This document shows, piece by piece, positions 37,948-48,433 of a stretch of DNA of 64,000 bases (the stretch's first letter is position 1; each line of letters opens with the position of its first letter). The DNA is from Planctomycetales bacterium (GTDB taxonomy: Bacteria > Planctomycetota > Phycisphaerae > SM23-33). The DNA is taken from contig JAUWNJ010000002.1 of assembly GCA_030612725.1 (NCBI GenBank), positions 64,542 to 128,541 on the forward strand. The letters run 5' to 3'. A model generated the notes under the pieces. It saw nothing but the letters and a program-made list of their open reading frames with translations, ran no database searches and was not told the origin of the DNA. A program made the translations under genes and the position numbers.

Positions 37948-38718
37948 TCATTCGTTTTCCTGATTTTTCGTCCCGGCTAATGCTTTCGCAGCGATCATCC
38001 CGGTGGCGCTTCCCGGTTTTTGCTGACCTGGGGGGATAAGTACACCGCCGCTGACAGTGAAACGCAATGCCTCATCTATACTCAACGGCAGATCGATTAC
38101 CTCGTCGCGCCGCACCATTATTGTGTATCCTGTAACGGGCGTCGGGGAAGAGGGGATAAATACAGTCAGCATATCCGAACCAACCTTTTCATTTACCGTT
38201 CGCATTCCCTCGCCGGTCATCAGGCCCAGCGAGAAAATTCCTTTACGGGGATATTCAACCGCCACTACATGGGAATATTCCGCCTTTCGTTCGGTGAGCA
38301 GGAAATCGGTTACCTGTTTCGCGCCCGGATAAATCCGTTTGATAACCGGCACTCTTCCAATCGCATGCTCGAGGGTGGCCCATAAACCTCGCCCGATGAA
38401 ACTCGCCACGAATCGCCCAATGACGTAAATGGCTACAAACGCCAGAAAGAACCCGATCCATTCGAGGTGATACTGCTCCCATACGTCTTTTACCGGGGTC
38501 CAATAGACGGACCCTTTCCACGTAAGCGGAACGTGGTCAAGGATGCAGTAAAACTGCACCACGACCCATCGGGCGGCGATGTTAATATACTGGCCGATGT
38601 ACTTCTGGATTAACGTGAATATCCAAACAAGAATGGCCACGGTCAGGACCGCAGGCAGCACTGCTGCGAGACCTCGCACAAAAAACCGCCTGAAATCTTT
38701 CCTGAAACTACCGGCCAC
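37948..38718 (-). CDS. DUF502 family membrane protein
   Basis: Two N-terminal TM helices followed by a conserved soluble domain. Confidence 0.7.
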   Translation of the reverse strand: MAGSFRKDFRRFFVRGLAAVLPAVLTVAILVWIFTLIQKYIGQYINIAARWVVVQFYCILDHVPLTWKGSVYWTPVKDVWEQYHLEWIGFFLAFVAIYVIGRFVASFIGRGLWATLEHAIGRVPVIKRIYPGAKQVTDFLLTERKAEYSHVVAVEYPRKGIFSLGLMTGEGMRTVNEKVGSDMLTVFIPSSPTPVTGYTIMVRRDEVIDLPLSIDEALRFTVSGGVLIPPGQQKPGSATGMIAAKALAGTKNQENE

Positions 38719-38824
38719 TAATGACTCCTGTTATCACAGGGATGTTAATCCGTTACCGACAATACCAACACCCACCCCTGATCAGATTTTAGTTTATAGA
38801 CCAACTCCCCGCGCGTCAAGCATT

Positions 38825-39253
38825 CTAGCCGACTCGCTCCAGCGTGAATTGCCGCGATGCCTGACCGGTCGGCTTTATCGCTATGCGCCAGTAGGGCTTG
38901 GGAAGGGCGTTTTCGGCGCGGTCGGCCCATTCAATGACGACGATACCGTCAGAGAGCATCTCGTCGAGACCCAGATTGTCCAGTTCGTCTTCAGCAGCCG
39001 GCAACCTGTAAAGGTCCACGTGATAAAGCCTGATGCGCCCGACATATTCCTGCACCAGGACGTACGTCGGAGAAGAGACCATTCGCTCATCGACTATGCC
39101 AAGTCCGACAGCCAGCCCCCGAACAAAGGCAGTCTTGCCCGAACCCAAATCGCCGACCATTGCGATGCAATCACCAATAGCAAAACGCCCAGCCAATCGC
39201 TTACCCAACGCGACGGTCTCTTCGACGCTGTTTGTCTGAAACTGCTCACTCAT
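38825..39253 (-). CDS. tsaE: tRNA threonylcarbamoyladenosine biosynthesis ATPase TsaE
   Basis: Walker A GDLGSGKTAF and the YjeE fold. 142 aa. Confidence 0.85.
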   Translation of the reverse strand: MSEQFQTNSVEETVALGKRLAGRFAIGDCIAMVGDLGSGKTAFVRGLAVGLGIVDERMVSSPTYVLVQEYVGRIRLYHVDLYRLPAAEDELDNLGLDEMLSDGIVVIEWADRAENALPKPYWRIAIKPTGQASRQFTLERVG

Positions 39254-40168
39254 TTACGTTTCATGTTCCCATCCGCGTGGTTCGAGTTTTTCACGTTTTC
39301 CATCGCGGAGCAGCGTCATACCGCTGCCCGCGACAATCCCGCCAATTCGAGTTATTTTTGCTTCCAGTGGTTGATTTTCGATGAGTTCATCGGCTTCGGT
39401 TTCCGGCAGCGTGAACAGCAATTCGTAATCTTCCCCGTCGAACAATGCCGCTTCCAGCGGGTCTTTTCGCCCGGCGGCATCGTCGTGGATGGGAATGGTA
39501 ATGGTATCCAGTTCGGCAGCAACACTGCTTGCGTCAACGACATGCCCCAGATCGCCGGCCAGACCGTCGGATATGTCAATCATCGCGCTGACGGCGAATC
39601 GCCTGGCCAGTGTGCGGGCGTCGGCGATTCTGGGACTGAATTCCAGATGGCGCCGAGTGGCCCACGCGCCGCCGAGTTTTCCTGTAACGCAGATGGCGTC
39701 GCCGACCTGTGCGCCGCTGCGGAGAACCGGCTCGATACCGTCGCATTTGCCAAGGATTGTAACGCTGATTTGCAGAGGTCCCGGCGATTCGCCCCATGCC
39801 GCCAGGTCCCCGCCGACCAGCGGGCAGGCGAATTCGTCGCCGCACACTCGCAGGCCAAGGTATATCGCTTCAGCATCGGCCTGCGAAAAGCCCTTCGGCG
39901 CTGCCACAGTCGCTACCATTGCTACCGGAACGCCCGCCATTGCGGCGATGTCGGAAAGTGCGCGCACAGCCGACTTTCGACCGGCAGCTTCCGGCCCGTG
40001 CTCTACCAGCGAAAAATGCACGCCGTCGAGAACCTGGTCGGTGGTCAACAGCAGTTTCTCACCCCCGACGTTCAACACCGCGCAATCATCCCCGGGCCCG
40101 ACAGCCACGACTTCCGGGTCAAACTCGCCTTGCCGGCGTATCCACTCAATGAATTCAAATTCACGCAT
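39254..40168 (-). CDS. thiL: thiamine-monophosphate kinase
   Basis: AIR-synthase-related fold: GPGDDCAV, TTD, ISDGL. Confidence 0.85.
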   Translation of the reverse strand: MREFEFIEWIRRQGEFDPEVVAVGPGDDCAVLNVGGEKLLLTTDQVLDGVHFSLVEHGPEAAGRKSAVRALSDIAAMAGVPVAMVATVAAPKGFSQADAEAIYLGLRVCGDEFACPLVGGDLAAWGESPGPLQISVTILGKCDGIEPVLRSGAQVGDAICVTGKLGGAWATRRHLEFSPRIADARTLARRFAVSAMIDISDGLAGDLGHVVDASSVAAELDTITIPIHDDAAGRKDPLEAALFDGEDYELLFTLPETEADELIENQPLEAKITRIGGIVAGSGMTLLRDGKREKLEPRGWEHET

Positions 40169-40215
40169 CTGGTTATTACGAACACTTCGCAGGGTGCCGT
40201 GGCCGCGGCACCCAA

Positions 40216-41610
40216 CTACCCCAGTTTTCTTTTCCAGAAATTCAGTTGTTTTCGCAGTTGTTTCGCCCCGGCAGCGCCTTCGGGTTTGTAGTGTTTGACT
40301 ACGTTGTCTGCGCCGAGGTGGTCGGCAACGTCCGGGCCTATGGCCTTGTCGGCAGCACGGATGACGACCTCCGGCAGGCTCGCGAGCGTGTTGCCCGTCC
40401 GGGCTGCGTTGGCGACAAGTTCGCCGACGATTCCGTGGGCAGTGCGGAACGGCACGCCTTTATTGACCAGATATTCCGCCAGGCTCGTCGCATCGAGGAA
40501 ACCGGCGTCCAGGTCGGCGGCGATTCGCCCCGGGCAGAACCGTACCGTCGAGACGACCTTCGACGCAACGACCAAGGCTGACTTCATCGTCGAAACCGTC
40601 GCAAAGGCGAAGCGTTTGTCGTCCTGCAAGTCCCGGCTATAGCCCGACGGCAGCGATTTCATCAGCGTCAGCATCCCGCACAGGTTCCCGATTGCGCCGG
40701 CTGATTTGCCTCGGATAAGTTCCAGCGTGTCGGCGTTTTTCTTCTGCGGCATCATCGAGGACGACGTGCAGACCGAATCGTCCAGTTCGATGAAGCCGAA
40801 CTCGGTGGTCGAGTAGATAATCCAGTCTTCAGCCCATCGGCTCAGATGTACGCCGACCGTAGCCAGGCAGAAGCACAGTTCCGCCAGGAAGTCGCGGCTT
40901 GATGTCGCGTCGATGCTGTTTCGCGTTATGGCTGGAAAGCCGAGTAGTTCGGCGACGCGTTTTCGCTCCAGCGGGATGGACGTACCGGCCACAGCCCCGC
41001 TTCCGAGCGGGCAGACATTGACGCGTTTTCGGCAATCGGCCAGGCGTTCCGCGTCGCGGTCGAGCATCTCGACGTACGCAAGCATCGCGTGTCCTGCCAG
41101 GATTGGCTGGGCGCGCTGAAGGTGCGTGTAGGCGGGCATGACAATCTGCCCGTATTTATCAGCCCCGGCGACGAAGGACGTTTGCAACTGCCGGATGAGG
41201 TCTCTCATGTCGTCGATGGCGTCGCGTGCCCATAGTCGCAGATCCAGAGCGATCTGGTCGTTTCGGCTCCGTCCGGTGTGGAGTTTCCGCCCCGGTTCGC
41301 CGATGCGTTTTATCAAGGCCGATTCGATGACCATGTGGATGTCTTCGAGGGCGGGGTCGAGTTTGACCTTCCCGGCTTCGATGTCCTCGGCGATTGTCGA
41401 GAGGCCTTTTTTGATGCGGGTCAATTCCCTGCCTGTGAGGATACCGATCTCGCGGAGCATCGTCGCGTGGGCGAGCGACCCGGCGATGTCGTACTTGTAC
41501 AGGCCCGCATCCACGTCGATCGACGCCAATAGTTCGCTGGTGGCCTGGTCCGCTTCGCCGCTCAGTCGGCCATGCCATGATTTGGTTGATTTTGTCGTTT
41601 TCTTTGCCAT
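40216..41610 (-). CDS. argH: argininosuccinate lyase
   Basis: Fumarate-lyase signature GSSMMPQKKNAD and the TGRSRNDQ motif. The start is set at MAKKTTKSTKSWHGRLSG. Confidence 0.9.
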   Translation of the reverse strand: MAKKTTKSTKSWHGRLSGEADQATSELLASIDVDAGLYKYDIAGSLAHATMLREIGILTGRELTRIKKGLSTIAEDIEAGKVKLDPALEDIHMVIESALIKRIGEPGRKLHTGRSRNDQIALDLRLWARDAIDDMRDLIRQLQTSFVAGADKYGQIVMPAYTHLQRAQPILAGHAMLAYVEMLDRDAERLADCRKRVNVCPLGSGAVAGTSIPLERKRVAELLGFPAITRNSIDATSSRDFLAELCFCLATVGVHLSRWAEDWIIYSTTEFGFIELDDSVCTSSSMMPQKKNADTLELIRGKSAGAIGNLCGMLTLMKSLPSGYSRDLQDDKRFAFATVSTMKSALVVASKVVSTVRFCPGRIAADLDAGFLDATSLAEYLVNKGVPFRTAHGIVGELVANAARTGNTLASLPEVVIRAADKAIGPDVADHLGADNVVKHYKPEGAAGAKQLRKQLNFWKRKLG

Positions 41611-41747
41611 TGGATATTTCCCGCTGGAACAGTATTGTCGAAGCGCGAATGATAGCATATCCCACGTGTATCTTCCAGCCTGAAGAGAAGTTGCGAAATC
41701 GTCGCCGATGACCTATAGTATTACGCTACAAATAAGGAGCACAGACA

Positions 41748-42239
41748 ATGAGCGTGAACGAATATCAAGGCAAGTTGATCGCGCCGGCCGGTGCGAAGTT
41801 CGCCGTTATCGTCAGCCGGTTCAACGAGTTCATTACATCGAAACTGATGTCGGGTGCAATTGACGCGCTGACCCGTCACGGTGCAGGCGACAGCGACATT
41901 GACGTGGTATGGTCGCCGGGATGTTTCGAGATTCCGCTGTTATGCCGGCGTCTGGCAGAATCCGGAAAGTATGCCGGAGTGATTTGCCTGGGGGCGGTGA
42001 TTCGCGGCGGGACGGAGCATCACCGATACATCGCGTCGGAAGTTACCAAGGGAATAGCAGCCACATCTCTGGCAACCGGCCTGCCGTGCATCTTCGGCAT
42101 CCTGACCTGCGACACCATCGAGCAGGCGGTAGAGCGGGCAGGAACCAAGAGCGGAAACAAAGGCGCCGACGCAGCCATTGCCGCTATCGAAATGACTAAC
42201 CTGATGGGGCAACTGCCTGCCACGAATTCCACGAAGTAA
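41748..42239 (+). CDS. ribH: 6,7-dimethyl-8-ribityllumazine synthase
   Basis: [20 protein letters not shown]...[10 protein letters not shown]. Confidence 0.9.
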   Translation: MSVNEYQGKLIAPAGAKFAVIVSRFNEFITSKLMSGAIDALTRHGAGDSDIDVVWSPGCFEIPLLCRRLAESGKYAGVICLGAVIRGGTEHHRYIASEVTKGIAATSLATGLPCIFGILTCDTIEQAVERAGTKSGNKGADAAIAAIEMTNLMGQLPATNSTK

Positions 42240-42319
42240 GTAATTCGTAATTGGTAATTCGTAATTCGTAAAAAAACCGATGCTCTGTTACCAATTACGA
42301 ATTACCAATTACGAATTAC
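42240..42319. repeat. 27-bp near-perfect inverted repeat of TAATTCGTAATTGG units between ribH and nusB
   Basis: Left arm gtaattcgtaattggtaattcgtaattcgta, loop aaaaaaaccgatgctctg, right arm ttaccaattacgaattaccaattacgaattac. Confidence 0.8.
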
Positions 42320-42346
42320 AAAATTCATGGAACGGAGTTTTTCGGA

Positions 42347-42763
42347 GTGATTGAGCACCACAAAGCAAGGCTGATGGCGATGCAGGGTCTTTGTTGCCTG
42401 GACGTTCAGGGCGATGACGGCATGGATGCAACGCTGGGATTTTTCCGCGACGGTAAGGAAAGCCTCGAAACCACCGACGAGGCGGAATGCATGATTCGCG
42501 GCGTTCTTGCCGAAAGGAACGAAATCGACGAACTCCTCAGCGGGCAAAGCCGGCACTGGAAAGTCGCTCGCATGGGGCTTCTGGAGCGAAATATCCTGCG
42601 GCTGGCTGTTTGGGAACTACTGACAACCCACACGCCGAAAAAAGTCGTCATCAACGAAGCAATTCGCCTGGCGAAGGAATTCGCCTCGGCTGAATCGTCA
42701 AAGTTCGTCAACGGCGTACTCGATGCAACAGCGGAAAGAATCACAGAGAATAGTAGTCAGTAG
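42347..42763 (+). CDS. nusB: transcription antitermination factor NusB
   Basis: NusB fold: ARLMAMQGLCCLDVQ...ERNILRLAVWEL. Confidence 0.9.
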   Translation: MIEHHKARLMAMQGLCCLDVQGDDGMDATLGFFRDGKESLETTDEAECMIRGVLAERNEIDELLSGQSRHWKVARMGLLERNILRLAVWELLTTHTPKKVVINEAIRLAKEFASAESSKFVNGVLDATAERITENSSQ

Positions 42764-42932
42764 TAAAATCCGAATATCGAAATCCGAAATCCGAAACAAT
42801 ATCGAAATACGAATGGCCAAAATTAGAAACACCATTTTCAAGTTGTCGTATAGTTTGAAACATTTGAAAATTCGGATTTTGAATTTGTTTCGGATTTCGG
42901 ATTTCGGATTTCAATATTCGGATTTAAGTACC
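42764..42932. repeat. MITE-like palindromic element, AATCCGAAA/ATACGAAA family, copy 2 (nusB|ftsY)
   Basis: Left arm aaaatccgaatatcgaaatccgaaatccgaaacaatatcgaaatacgaatggccaaaat, right arm aaaattcggattttgaatttgtttcggatttcggatttcggatttcaatattcggattt. Starts immediately after the nusB stop. Confidence 0.8.
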
Positions 42933-42965
42933 ACCTATTAAACACCACACGCGGAGCGTGAATAA

Positions 42966-43886
42966 ATGGCGTTATTCAGGAAAACAATACAGCACCTTAC
43001 CGGCGGGTTGGCGCGGACGCGGAAGAAACTTATCGGTTCGTTGCGGTCGCTGCTGGTGGGGCGAAAAATAGACGACGATCTTCTCGATGAACTTGAAGAG
43101 CAGTTAATCCTCGCCGACATCGGCGTAACCACAGCGATGAGGATACGCGAGGACCTCCAGAACGCTTACAAAGAGAAAAAACTCCAAAGCGGCGACGAGG
43201 TGATAGACTTTCTCAAGTCCGAGATGAAGCAATACTGGCCTGAGGCCGACCGGAGCATTCATTTCGCCGAAACCGGGCTGACGGTGATCCTGGTAGCCGG
43301 GGTCAACGGTACCGGAAAGACGACCTCGGTAGCCAAACTGGCGCATTTGTTCAAGTCCGAGGGTAAAAAAGTCTGTCTCGCCGCTGCCGATACGTTTCGA
43401 GCGGCGGCTGTGGAACAACTGACTATCTGGGCTGAACGCATCGGCGTCGATATAATCAAGGGTTCTCGCGGTTCCGATCCCGCTGCCGTCGCTTTCGACG
43501 CCTGCGACGCCGCCATTGCCCGCGGCGCCGACGTCCTGCTGGTCGATACTGCCGGTCGGCTTCATACGCAGGACAACCTCATGCGCGAACTGGGCAAGAT
43601 TCGCAATGTAGTCGCCCGCAAAATCTCCAACGCTCCGCACGAAGTCCTGCTGGTTCTCGACGCGACCACAGGCCAAAACGCCATCAGCCAGGCGAAAGTC
43701 TTCACCGATACGATTGACGTTACGGGTATCTTCCTGGCCAAACTTGACGGCACCGCCAGGGGGGGAATCGTCGTCGCCATTCGGGACGAACTGTCCCTGC
43801 CGGTGAAATTCGTCGGTATCGGCGAAAAATACGAAGACGTCGAACCGTTCGACCCGGAATCATTCGTCGAAGCGCTGTTTAGTTAA
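42966..43886 (+). CDS. ftsY: signal recognition particle receptor FtsY
   Basis: NG domain: [31 protein letters not shown]. Confidence 0.9.
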   Translation: MALFRKTIQHLTGGLARTRKKLIGSLRSLLVGRKIDDDLLDELEEQLILADIGVTTAMRIREDLQNAYKEKKLQSGDEVIDFLKSEMKQYWPEADRSIHFAETGLTVILVAGVNGTGKTTSVAKLAHLFKSEGKKVCLAAADTFRAAAVEQLTIWAERIGVDIIKGSRGSDPAAVAFDACDAAIARGADVLLVDTAGRLHTQDNLMRELGKIRNVVARKISNAPHEVLLVLDATTGQNAISQAKVFTDTIDVTGIFLAKLDGTARGGIVVAIRDELSLPVKFVGIGEKYEDVEPFDPESFVEALFS

Positions 43887-43914
43887 AGGAAGGGTGTAGG
43901 GCGTAGGGCGTAGG

Positions 43915-44877
43915 ATGAGTAACAAAGTCGCGTTTATTTCTGATCCGGCGTATCTCGAACACCATACCGGTCTGGGGCATCCCGAATCGCCGCAACGTCT
44001 GGCGGCAATATGGGGAAAACTCGACGACGAGGGGCTTTGGGATGAACTGACACACATCGAACCGGTTCCCGCGAGCGTTGACGACTTGCTGATGGTGCAC
44101 GGGGGCGATTACATCGAACAAGTCCGGCAGGATGTCGAAGACGGGCGAACGATGCTTTCAACCGGTGATACGAATATCTGTCCGAAATCGTACGAAATCG
44201 CGATTCTGGCTGTCGGTGGGGCGATACGGGCTGTCGATACCGTTTGCAACGGCAAAGTCAATTCGGCCTTCTGTGCGGTCCGCCCGCCGGGGCATCATGC
44301 AACTGCCAACGCCGGCATGGGATTCTGCATCTTCAACAACGCTGCAATCGCCGCTCGATATGCACAGAAAAACTGCGGCATTGAGCGGGTTCTCATAGTT
44401 GATTGGGACGTCCACCACGGAAACGGGACGCAGGAGATTTTCTATGACGATCCGTCCGTTTTCTACTTCTCGACGCATCAGTTCGGTACCTATCCAATGC
44501 CGATGACAGGTTTGGGCTACGACGGTCAGAGAGGCAGCCACAGTGGCGGGGGGGCCAATATCAATTGTCCGCTCCCGATGGGGGCGGGAGATGATGAAAT
44601 CATCGCAGCCTTTACAGAGCGTCTCGTCCCAGCCATGGCGGAATTCTCGCCGGAACTGGTGATTATCTCTGCCGGTTTCGATTGCATCGCCAGCGACCCG
44701 ATCGGCGGCTTGGGTGTTACGGACGACGGTATCGCAGCCTTGACGAAAATCGTCATGGAAATCGCCGCCGCTTCAGCCAACGGGCGAATTGTCTCACTTC
44801 TGGAAGGCGGATACGACCTGTCCGGCCTGGCGTCGGCGGTGAACACGCATATACGAACGATGATGAAAGAGAGGTGA
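43915..44877 (+). CDS. histone deacetylase family protein (acetoin utilization AcuC-like)
   Basis: HDAC motifs: RPPGHHA, DWDVHHGNGTQ, GGYDL. Confidence 0.85.
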   Translation: MSNKVAFISDPAYLEHHTGLGHPESPQRLAAIWGKLDDEGLWDELTHIEPVPASVDDLLMVHGGDYIEQVRQDVEDGRTMLSTGDTNICPKSYEIAILAVGGAIRAVDTVCNGKVNSAFCAVRPPGHHATANAGMGFCIFNNAAIAARYAQKNCGIERVLIVDWDVHHGNGTQEIFYDDPSVFYFSTHQFGTYPMPMTGLGYDGQRGSHSGGGANINCPLPMGAGDDEIIAAFTERLVPAMAEFSPELVIISAGFDCIASDPIGGLGVTDDGIAALTKIVMEIAAASANGRIVSLLEGGYDLSGLASAVNTHIRTMMKER

Positions 44878-45005
44878 TGCATTATTTTTTTAATTGGCGG
44901 GAACTTTCCGGACAGTTATGTGCCAAAATACAAAAGAAGGAGTGTTTAATGCTAATTGGCTTAGTTGCTCCATAACCGTCAGGATTTTTTGAAGGAGGCA
45001 TCACC

Positions 45006-45965
45006 ATGCTCGCAAAAAAGCAAATTTCACTTGGTAGGATTTTCGGACTCGCTCTGTCGGCGGCGGTCTTGTTGGGCTCGGTGGACGCCGCGTTTGCATT
45101 CCGATTCGGCACGATGTGTGACAGCCGCGGCAACCCCGTCAATGTGGCCGTTCTCAGCCAACTTATTACCGACATGAATGCACATGACCCTGCCTTCTGC
45201 CTTTTCCCCGGCGACCTTGTTGCAGGCTTCACAAGTGACGCTGAAGAGATGGAGCGTCAATTGGGCATATGGATAGATGCAACCAGCCACTTCACGGGAA
45301 CGATGTACGTGACTCCGGGCAACCACGACATAATCAATTATGGGAATTCGGCTACATGGCGGAAGATGTTTCCGGACATGCCCCAAAACGGCCCCGATAA
45401 ACCCGATTCTCTGTTTAACGAAAAAGGCCTCACGTATTACTTTGATCATGGTAACAGCCGGTTCATCAGCATTACTTCCGACCATGAATTAATCCCGTCA
45501 GGGTGGGTCGATTGTTCGTGGCCGGATGATATCCTCAGCGAAAGCACGGGTTTCGAGCACGTATTCGTGACAACCCATCATCCATGCTCTGACCTGGGCG
45601 GAGCGTCGGGCGATTACTGGCAGACGCTCGTGAGCCACGGCGTTGATGCCGTTTTCTGTGGCCATCACCATAAATACAGCCACAGTCAGCCGAGTGGGCC
45701 GGACACGACGTGGGATGTCATTGTGGGCACGGCAGGCGCCCCGCTTTGGGGAGGGCAGAAATACGGATACCTGATTGTGGATGTTACCGGCCCCTACGTC
45801 GAGGCCAGGTTCTACGCAGATCTCGATCACGATGGTCATTACGACGATCTCAGCGACACTTTCGTCATCGCCGTTCCGGAGCCGGGCACTATGGCACTGC
45901 TGACCCTCGGCGCGGTTGGCGTCCTGTTTAAGCGGAGGCGGAAAAGGCGCACGTCCGGGCGCTGA
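45006..45965 (+). CDS. calcineurin-like metallophosphoesterase with PEP-CTERM anchor
   Basis: Signal peptide, phosphoesterase motifs GDLV, GNHD, GHHH, and a C-terminal VPEPGTMALLTLGAVGVLFKRRRKRR. Confidence 0.7.
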   Translation: MLAKKQISLGRIFGLALSAAVLLGSVDAAFAFRFGTMCDSRGNPVNVAVLSQLITDMNAHDPAFCLFPGDLVAGFTSDAEEMERQLGIWIDATSHFTGTMYVTPGNHDIINYGNSATWRKMFPDMPQNGPDKPDSLFNEKGLTYYFDHGNSRFISITSDHELIPSGWVDCSWPDDILSESTGFEHVFVTTHHPCSDLGGASGDYWQTLVSHGVDAVFCGHHHKYSHSQPSGPDTTWDVIVGTAGAPLWGGQKYGYLIVDVTGPYVEARFYADLDHDGHYDDLSDTFVIAVPEPGTMALLTLGAVGVLFKRRRKRRTSGR

Positions 45966-46029
45966 TGGGAACCAAAGCGGCGCACAAGGTTGCTTAGGAA
46001 GCCCAGTCATTCGAATGGCTGGGCTTTTT

Positions 46030-46455
46030 CTAATCCTCGGACGGTGAAACCGCTCCGCGCGTGCGTTTGGTATCGCTCCGGCGGTGCTTGGTTTCCAGAC
46101 GGCGTTTCTTCGATGCGAGTGTCGGCTTGGTCTTTCGGCGGGGTTTGGGCTTTTTGACGGCCTTGCGGATAAGTTCAATCAATCGACCGCGTGCATCCTG
46201 GCGATTGCGTTGCTGTGTGCGGTATCGCCGGGCCTCGATAATCAATACGCCGTCGGTTGTCATCCGCCGACCTGCAAGGCGAATCAGTCGCTCGCGTACA
46301 TCGTCGGGCAGGGAGGCCGAGTTGGTTACGTCGAAGCGGAGTTGCACTGCCGTTGCGACCTTGTTGACATTCTGCCCCCCAGGCCCGGAAGCGCGAATAA
46401 ACTCCTCCCGAATCTCCCCCTCGTCAATCGAAATGGTGCGTGTTATGTGAATCAT
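46030..46455 (-). CDS. arfB: alternative ribosome rescue factor ArfB (peptidyl-tRNA hydrolase)
   Basis: GGQ motif (SGPGGQNVNKV) and a basic C-terminal tail. Confidence 0.85.
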   Translation of the reverse strand: MIHITRTISIDEGEIREEFIRASGPGGQNVNKVATAVQLRFDVTNSASLPDDVRERLIRLAGRRMTTDGVLIIEARRYRTQQRNRQDARGRLIELIRKAVKKPKPRRKTKPTLASKKRRLETKHRRSDTKRTRGAVSPSED

Positions 46456-46504
46456 GTCTTCAATTTCTTTTCAATTGGCAATTGAAAATCGGCAATTGGC
46501 AATC

Positions 46505-47644
46505 TCATATGTTTTCTCCGTATAAAAACGCTTTTGCGAAGCGGGCGGTCATTGCTTTGTTTGTCAGGGCCATGGGTAGCATCATCTGGATTGACGTTCC
46601 GGGCGGGCGGATGTTGCCGGCGAGCGTGTCGCGCCATTGGTCCTTGAACTCGGAGAGGGTTTCCTGAAAGCGGTCGCTTTTCAGTGCCCTGCCGGCGACG
46701 TCGGCGGCCACCAGCGCGCTGCGGATGGAGGCGTCCAGCGTCGCGCCGGTCATTGCCGAGGCGAACCCCCCGGCAGTTCCGATTAGCAGCGTCCGCTTGG
46801 CGGTGTGCGTTTCCATATCGAGCGCTTCGCCGCCGGGCGGACGCCAGGCCAAAGCCGTTGACCTGGAAAGGTCCAGATTCGCATCCACCAGTTCCGCCTG
46901 CTGCAAGTCCCGGATAAACCGGACGAGTTCCTCGCCACCGTTTGATGCGGCTCCGGCGAGATAGACGATGCGAACGTGCAAAACGCTACCGGCCCGGAAA
47001 AACATTCCAAACCTCTGGCCCCCGGAAATCGCAGCCACATGCAGGGCACCCGGCGTTTTCCGGGCTGATGACGGCAGCGGAACGTCAAGCCCGCATACGG
47101 TCATCCGTTCTTTCGGAGCAGACTGCATCGATATTCCCGCCTCGGCGATTGCATCGGCCGGCGAGCCTTGGGCAATCAGCAGCACGGATGCGCGAAATTC
47201 CTTCCCGGACGGCGATTTTTCGCTCAATACAACGGCTGATTCCTGAAGGTCGATCCCGACGGGGCGTTTAAGTCCGACAATTCGCACGCCCGCCCGCCGG
47301 GCCGATGCCGCAAGAGTTTTGAGGAATTTTTCCGGTTTCAGCGTGAAGCCTATCGCGGATTTGCTGCTATGGACGGCTTGGCGCGCGAGGTCCGCCGAGT
47401 AGAAGTGCATTGACCGGAAGGCTGAATCCGTCGCGGATGTTTTAATCTTTCGCAGGAACGGGCAGGCTTTGAACGTATCGGTCGGTATCCAGTCGGTCAG
47501 GGGCGACTCGGCTTGGAATTGACTCACCCGGGCCTGCGGCGATTGAAGAAGAACCACCTCATGCCCCATTTTCGCCAGCGTGGCCGATGCGACGTATCCC
47601 GCCGCCGTCGCGCCAAGAACGGCAATGTCGTAAGTCTTCGCCAT
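46505..47644 (-). CDS. FAD-dependent oxidoreductase (geranylgeranyl reductase-like)
   Basis: N-terminal dinucleotide-binding DIAVLGATAAGYVAS. Start set at MAKTYD. The 5' leader holds a ggacacaaag x3 tandem repeat (47651-47690). Confidence 0.65.
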   Translation of the reverse strand: MAKTYDIAVLGATAAGYVASATLAKMGHEVVLLQSPQARVSQFQAESPLTDWIPTDTFKACPFLRKIKTSATDSAFRSMHFYSADLARQAVHSSKSAIGFTLKPEKFLKTLAASARRAGVRIVGLKRPVGIDLQESAVVLSEKSPSGKEFRASVLLIAQGSPADAIAEAGISMQSAPKERMTVCGLDVPLPSSARKTPGALHVAAISGGQRFGMFFRAGSVLHVRIVYLAGAASNGGEELVRFIRDLQQAELVDANLDLSRSTALAWRPPGGEALDMETHTAKRTLLIGTAGGFASAMTGATLDASIRSALVAADVAGRALKSDRFQETLSEFKDQWRDTLAGNIRPPGTSIQMMLPMALTNKAMTARFAKAFLYGENI

Positions 47645-47854
47645 AGCGTATCTGAAAGAATGAACCACAAAGGACACAAAGGACACAAAGAAAAACTTTT
47701 TTTCCACAGCAATGCAGGCTGGGCCGACCTGTCTGCCGACAGGCAGGTAGGCCCACCTTGATCCTACTATTTTTTTATAATTCGTGCAATTCGTGGATTA
47801 AATTCGTGTAACCTGTCCCTTCGGGATTCGTGGTACGAAGCAGGAGATAAACCA

Positions 47855-48433
47855 ATGCAATCGGACATTCCCACACGTGAAGAGGCCTTCGCACTCCTGA
47901 AGCAGTACAACAGCAGCGAGCGTGCGATAAGGCACGCCCTGGCCGTTGAGGCTGTGATGAGATACTTCGCCCGAAAGATGGATCAGGATGAAGATGCCTG
48001 GGGCGTCGTCGGGCTGATTCACGACGTTGATTACGAGCAGTTCCCCGACCAGCATTGCCAGAAGGCCCGCGAGATTTTGAGCGAAAACGGTTGGCCCGAG
48101 GAATTAATCCGCGCGGTTGTTTCGCACGGGTGGGGGCTTTGCTCGGACGTCGAGCCGGCCAGTGATATGGAGAAGGTTCTTTACGCCGTCGATGAACTCA
48201 CCGGACTGGTCGCAGCCACTGCCCTGGTCCGCCCGTCAAAGAGCGTAATGGACCTGACAGCCAAGTCCGTAAAGAAGAAGTGGAAGAACAAATCTTTCGC
48301 CGCCGGCGTTGACCGGTCCGTTATCGACAAGGGCGCTGGGATGCTTGGTATGGAGCGGAGCGACCTGATAACCGACGTAATAATGGCAATGCGCGAAGTA
48401 GCCGAGGCAATCGGCCTGGCGGGAAATGTCTGA
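47855..48433 (+). CDS. HD-domain phosphohydrolase
   Basis: H...HD metal-binding pattern (RHALAVEAV...GLIHDVDY) in a 192-aa protein. Confidence 0.7.
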   Translation: MQSDIPTREEAFALLKQYNSSERAIRHALAVEAVMRYFARKMDQDEDAWGVVGLIHDVDYEQFPDQHCQKAREILSENGWPEELIRAVVSHGWGLCSDVEPASDMEKVLYAVDELTGLVAATALVRPSKSVMDLTAKSVKKKWKNKSFAAGVDRSVIDKGAGMLGMERSDLITDVIMAMREVAEAIGLAGNV

